A DNA stretch of 63,863 nucleotides, filler included, from Reclinomonas americana ATCC 50394 (taxonomy: Eukaryota), in NCBI GenBank assembly GCA_048213135.1. It is 17 parts of 17 records of this genome, joined end to end, with 100 filler letters (N's around TTAATTAATTAA, not from the genome) between each part and the next. Parts side by side here need not be neighbours in the genome. Positions count along the whole stretch, not along the records: positions 60,976 to 63,863 come from AFZH01021252.1; 16 more parts are not named here. One strand, given 5' to 3'. Positions 62,901-63,863 of the stretch are shown here, one piece after another. Both the position numbers and the translations under genes were made by a program. Below the pieces are notes generated by a model that saw only the letters and a list, made by a program, of their open reading frames with translations, was not told the origin of the DNA and searched no databases. Each line of letters starts with the position of its first letter. Within the stretch, counting starts at the first letter, position 1.

Positions 62901-63863
62901 ACTCGGCATCCAGAAGAGCGGCGACAGCCGCGACTCGCTCGCCACCTTCAAGGATCGCCATAAGTTCGCCAAGGCTTTCCTGGCCCAGCACGGGGCCAAG
63001 CCGGAGGAGGCCGCGCAGTACCTCTTGTTCTTCTCATGTTCGTGGCGCGCGCCGTCTCCTCTTGAAGCACGCAGACTGGTGCTAACTTTTATCTCCGCAG
63101 GGCTCTTTGGCTACCCGCGCAACATTCTGACATCGTCGCTGACGGAGGCTGACAGTGCGGATAGAGACTCAGCGGTGGCTATTGAGGCGGCAGCATACAG
63201 GTCCACGGACAACTGGGACAAAGGTGAGAAGATGATGAGTGTGTCTGTCCACGCAGAAACTTGTGCTGACCGAGGCTTCTCGCAGTGACCGACATGATTC
63301 GCAAGCTGCTGCTCGAGTCTCCTTGGTCGCAGTTCTCACAGCTCAGTGGCGAACAGTGGGAGCAGTTTTTCAACTCGGCACGTCGTCTTCCGGCTCCTGT
63401 CGAGGTGCGATGCGATGAAGATGATATTGCGGGCTTTGTATTGCAGTTGTTCTTTCATGTGATCGTCTGCACCAGCTGTCCCTCCTTGTCACGTATCTGT
63501 CTCACTTAGCTCTCCGTCTCAGCGGATCTCTCCGTCTCTTTCTCGATGTAGCGTCACTTTCTATGTGAGACGCAATCAATCACAGTCCGCCACTTTCTTT
63601 TTTCTTCTCTCCAGTTCTCTGTGCGTGTCCGCTTGCAGTTCGTCATTCTTTTTTGCTGGTACATCTTCTCCCATCCGTCTGTTCTGTCGCCGCTTGATCC
63701 TGCGCTCTGTCTTGCATCTTTTCTCTCCTGTCCCCACCTCTCTCTCTCTCTATTTGTCTCTCTCCTGCTCGTACCGTACACTCCGCCGTTCGGCCGTACA
63801 GCAGAGATGTCTCATTATGGTGTCGCCACACAGATGCGCTGCACATTGTCAACTCATATTCCT
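57625..63863 (+). CDS. Large multi-exon hypothetical protein with a Gly-rich linker and possible Cbl-like EF-hand segments (incomplete)
   Basis: GT-AG-bounded exons on the + strand. AREFWKDRFG and GIDSSSRDNFVSLVEF resemble the Cbl-N EF-hand pattern (A..FW...FG; ID...++S..EF). Confidence 0.5.

Noticed and set aside
1..63863. Alternative genetic code
   Set aside because: Conserved genes end at TAA or TGA where expected, Trp is TGG, and no in-frame stops interrupt the conserved exons examined.

Overview
Eukaryotic, intron-rich genomic scaffold that looks protist-like. The genes examined are consistent with the standard code. Contigs are joined by artificial 100-nt N-TTAATTAATTAA-N spacers. Recognisable housekeeping genes are RNA 3'-terminal phosphate cyclase, a DUF836 glutaredoxin-like gene, a Sen1/senataxin-like SF1 helicase, a 6-exon cytochrome c, MPP10 and a probable FANCA homolog. 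They are interleaved with conflict- or immunity-type genes: an ankyrin/coiled-coil/IRAK-RLK-Pelle-like kinase, a decayed Crinkler/RHS NTPase-REase gene and a relic non-LTR endonuclease. The standout is a ~11.3-kb head-to-tail array (30.5-41.8 kb) of nine WD40 genes or remnants. The full-length copies each have a 4-5-codon first exon, seven internally conserved WD40 repeats with hypervariable surface positions, and a conserved ~58-aa C-terminal tail ending in (E/K)GW-stop whose spacing resembles an F-box/PRANC motif. The array shows recent duplication, mosaic blade exchange and pseudogenisation. Also notable are a recurrent atypical 5' splice-site class (GTTGCGT), a tandem micro-exon/intron array upstream of the WD40 cluster, and a dispersed repeat that sits upstream of genes and forms a long inverted repeat. 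All family assignments come from manual motif recognition, not database searches.
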